A program made the translations under genes and the position numbers. A model generated the notes under the pieces. The model ran no database searches. It saw nothing but the letters and a program-made list of their open reading frames with translations, and was not told the origin of the DNA. Below, piece by piece: positions 63,497 to 64,000 of a stretch of 64,000 nt of DNA (its first letter is position 1; each line of letters begins with the position of its first letter). The stretch is from Octopus sinensis (Eukaryota), in the NCBI RefSeq assembly GCF_006345805.1, contig NC_043011.1:10230001-10294000 (forward strand), written 5' to 3'.

Positions 63497-64000
63497 CTTC
63501 TCTCTCATATATATTCCCTATCCTCTCCTTCCTCCTCTTTATGATTCTCTCTCTCTCTAAATAGCATTCATGTACCCATTGTCTGCCACCAAGTCTAGTA
63601 TGTGCACTCATGCTGCACTGCTTATATCAACACTCTCTGTCTCTCTGTTTTATTCTCTTTGTCTCTCTCTCTCTAAAGCATGACTAGAGAAATCAATCAA
63701 CCAACATTTTTTATCAGCAATTATTACGTAGAGATTATTAACTTTGTTGTCTAATCAGTAAAGAGTCAACCAGTGAATTCTTTAAGCATGGCATTCTTCA
63801 TCTGCGGTTAGGCTTTGAAGCCTTCTCAAGTAAGAACAGAGTTTTGTTCCTCAATATCAGAATATGTAGAAGACATTGTAAGTGAGAGGTGTTAACTGCC
63901 TCAAGCAACCTAGAAATATCTCAAAGAAAATGTAGTGGTTACTGCAGAAGTAAGCTAAAGGTGGTTGGTTTTGGGGGCAGGTTTCAATTTTTATTTGAAC

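Overview
AT-rich, microsatellite- and transposon-dense animal DNA. The repeat landscape (tRNA-headed SINEs with internal TA/TG tracts, (GAT)n-tailed RTE ends, Dong/R4, CR1, Penelope-like, mariner, piggyBac and hAT remnants) looks like an octopus or other coleoid cephalopod genome. That assignment is an inference from recalled repeat families, not a database result. I recognise no intact host protein-coding gene. Every long ORF traces to a decayed retro/DNA transposon or to low-complexity sequence, so the window is probably intronic or intergenic, with at most a few tiny candidate exons. The most notable structures are: a 125-bp ungapped hairpin (20588-20712); a ~2.1-kb satellite built from an RTE 3'UTR (1999-4108); a two-left-end palindromic mariner nested in a ~1.3-kb fold-back (51171-52460); a young GC-rich CR1 recalled as trematode-like (52533-55350); a mariner>SINE>piggyBac nest with readable target-site duplications (TSDs; 37265-39960); SINEs that swap head and tail modules; and a (TAA)n microsatellite niche shared by SINE chains and Dong/R4 elements.
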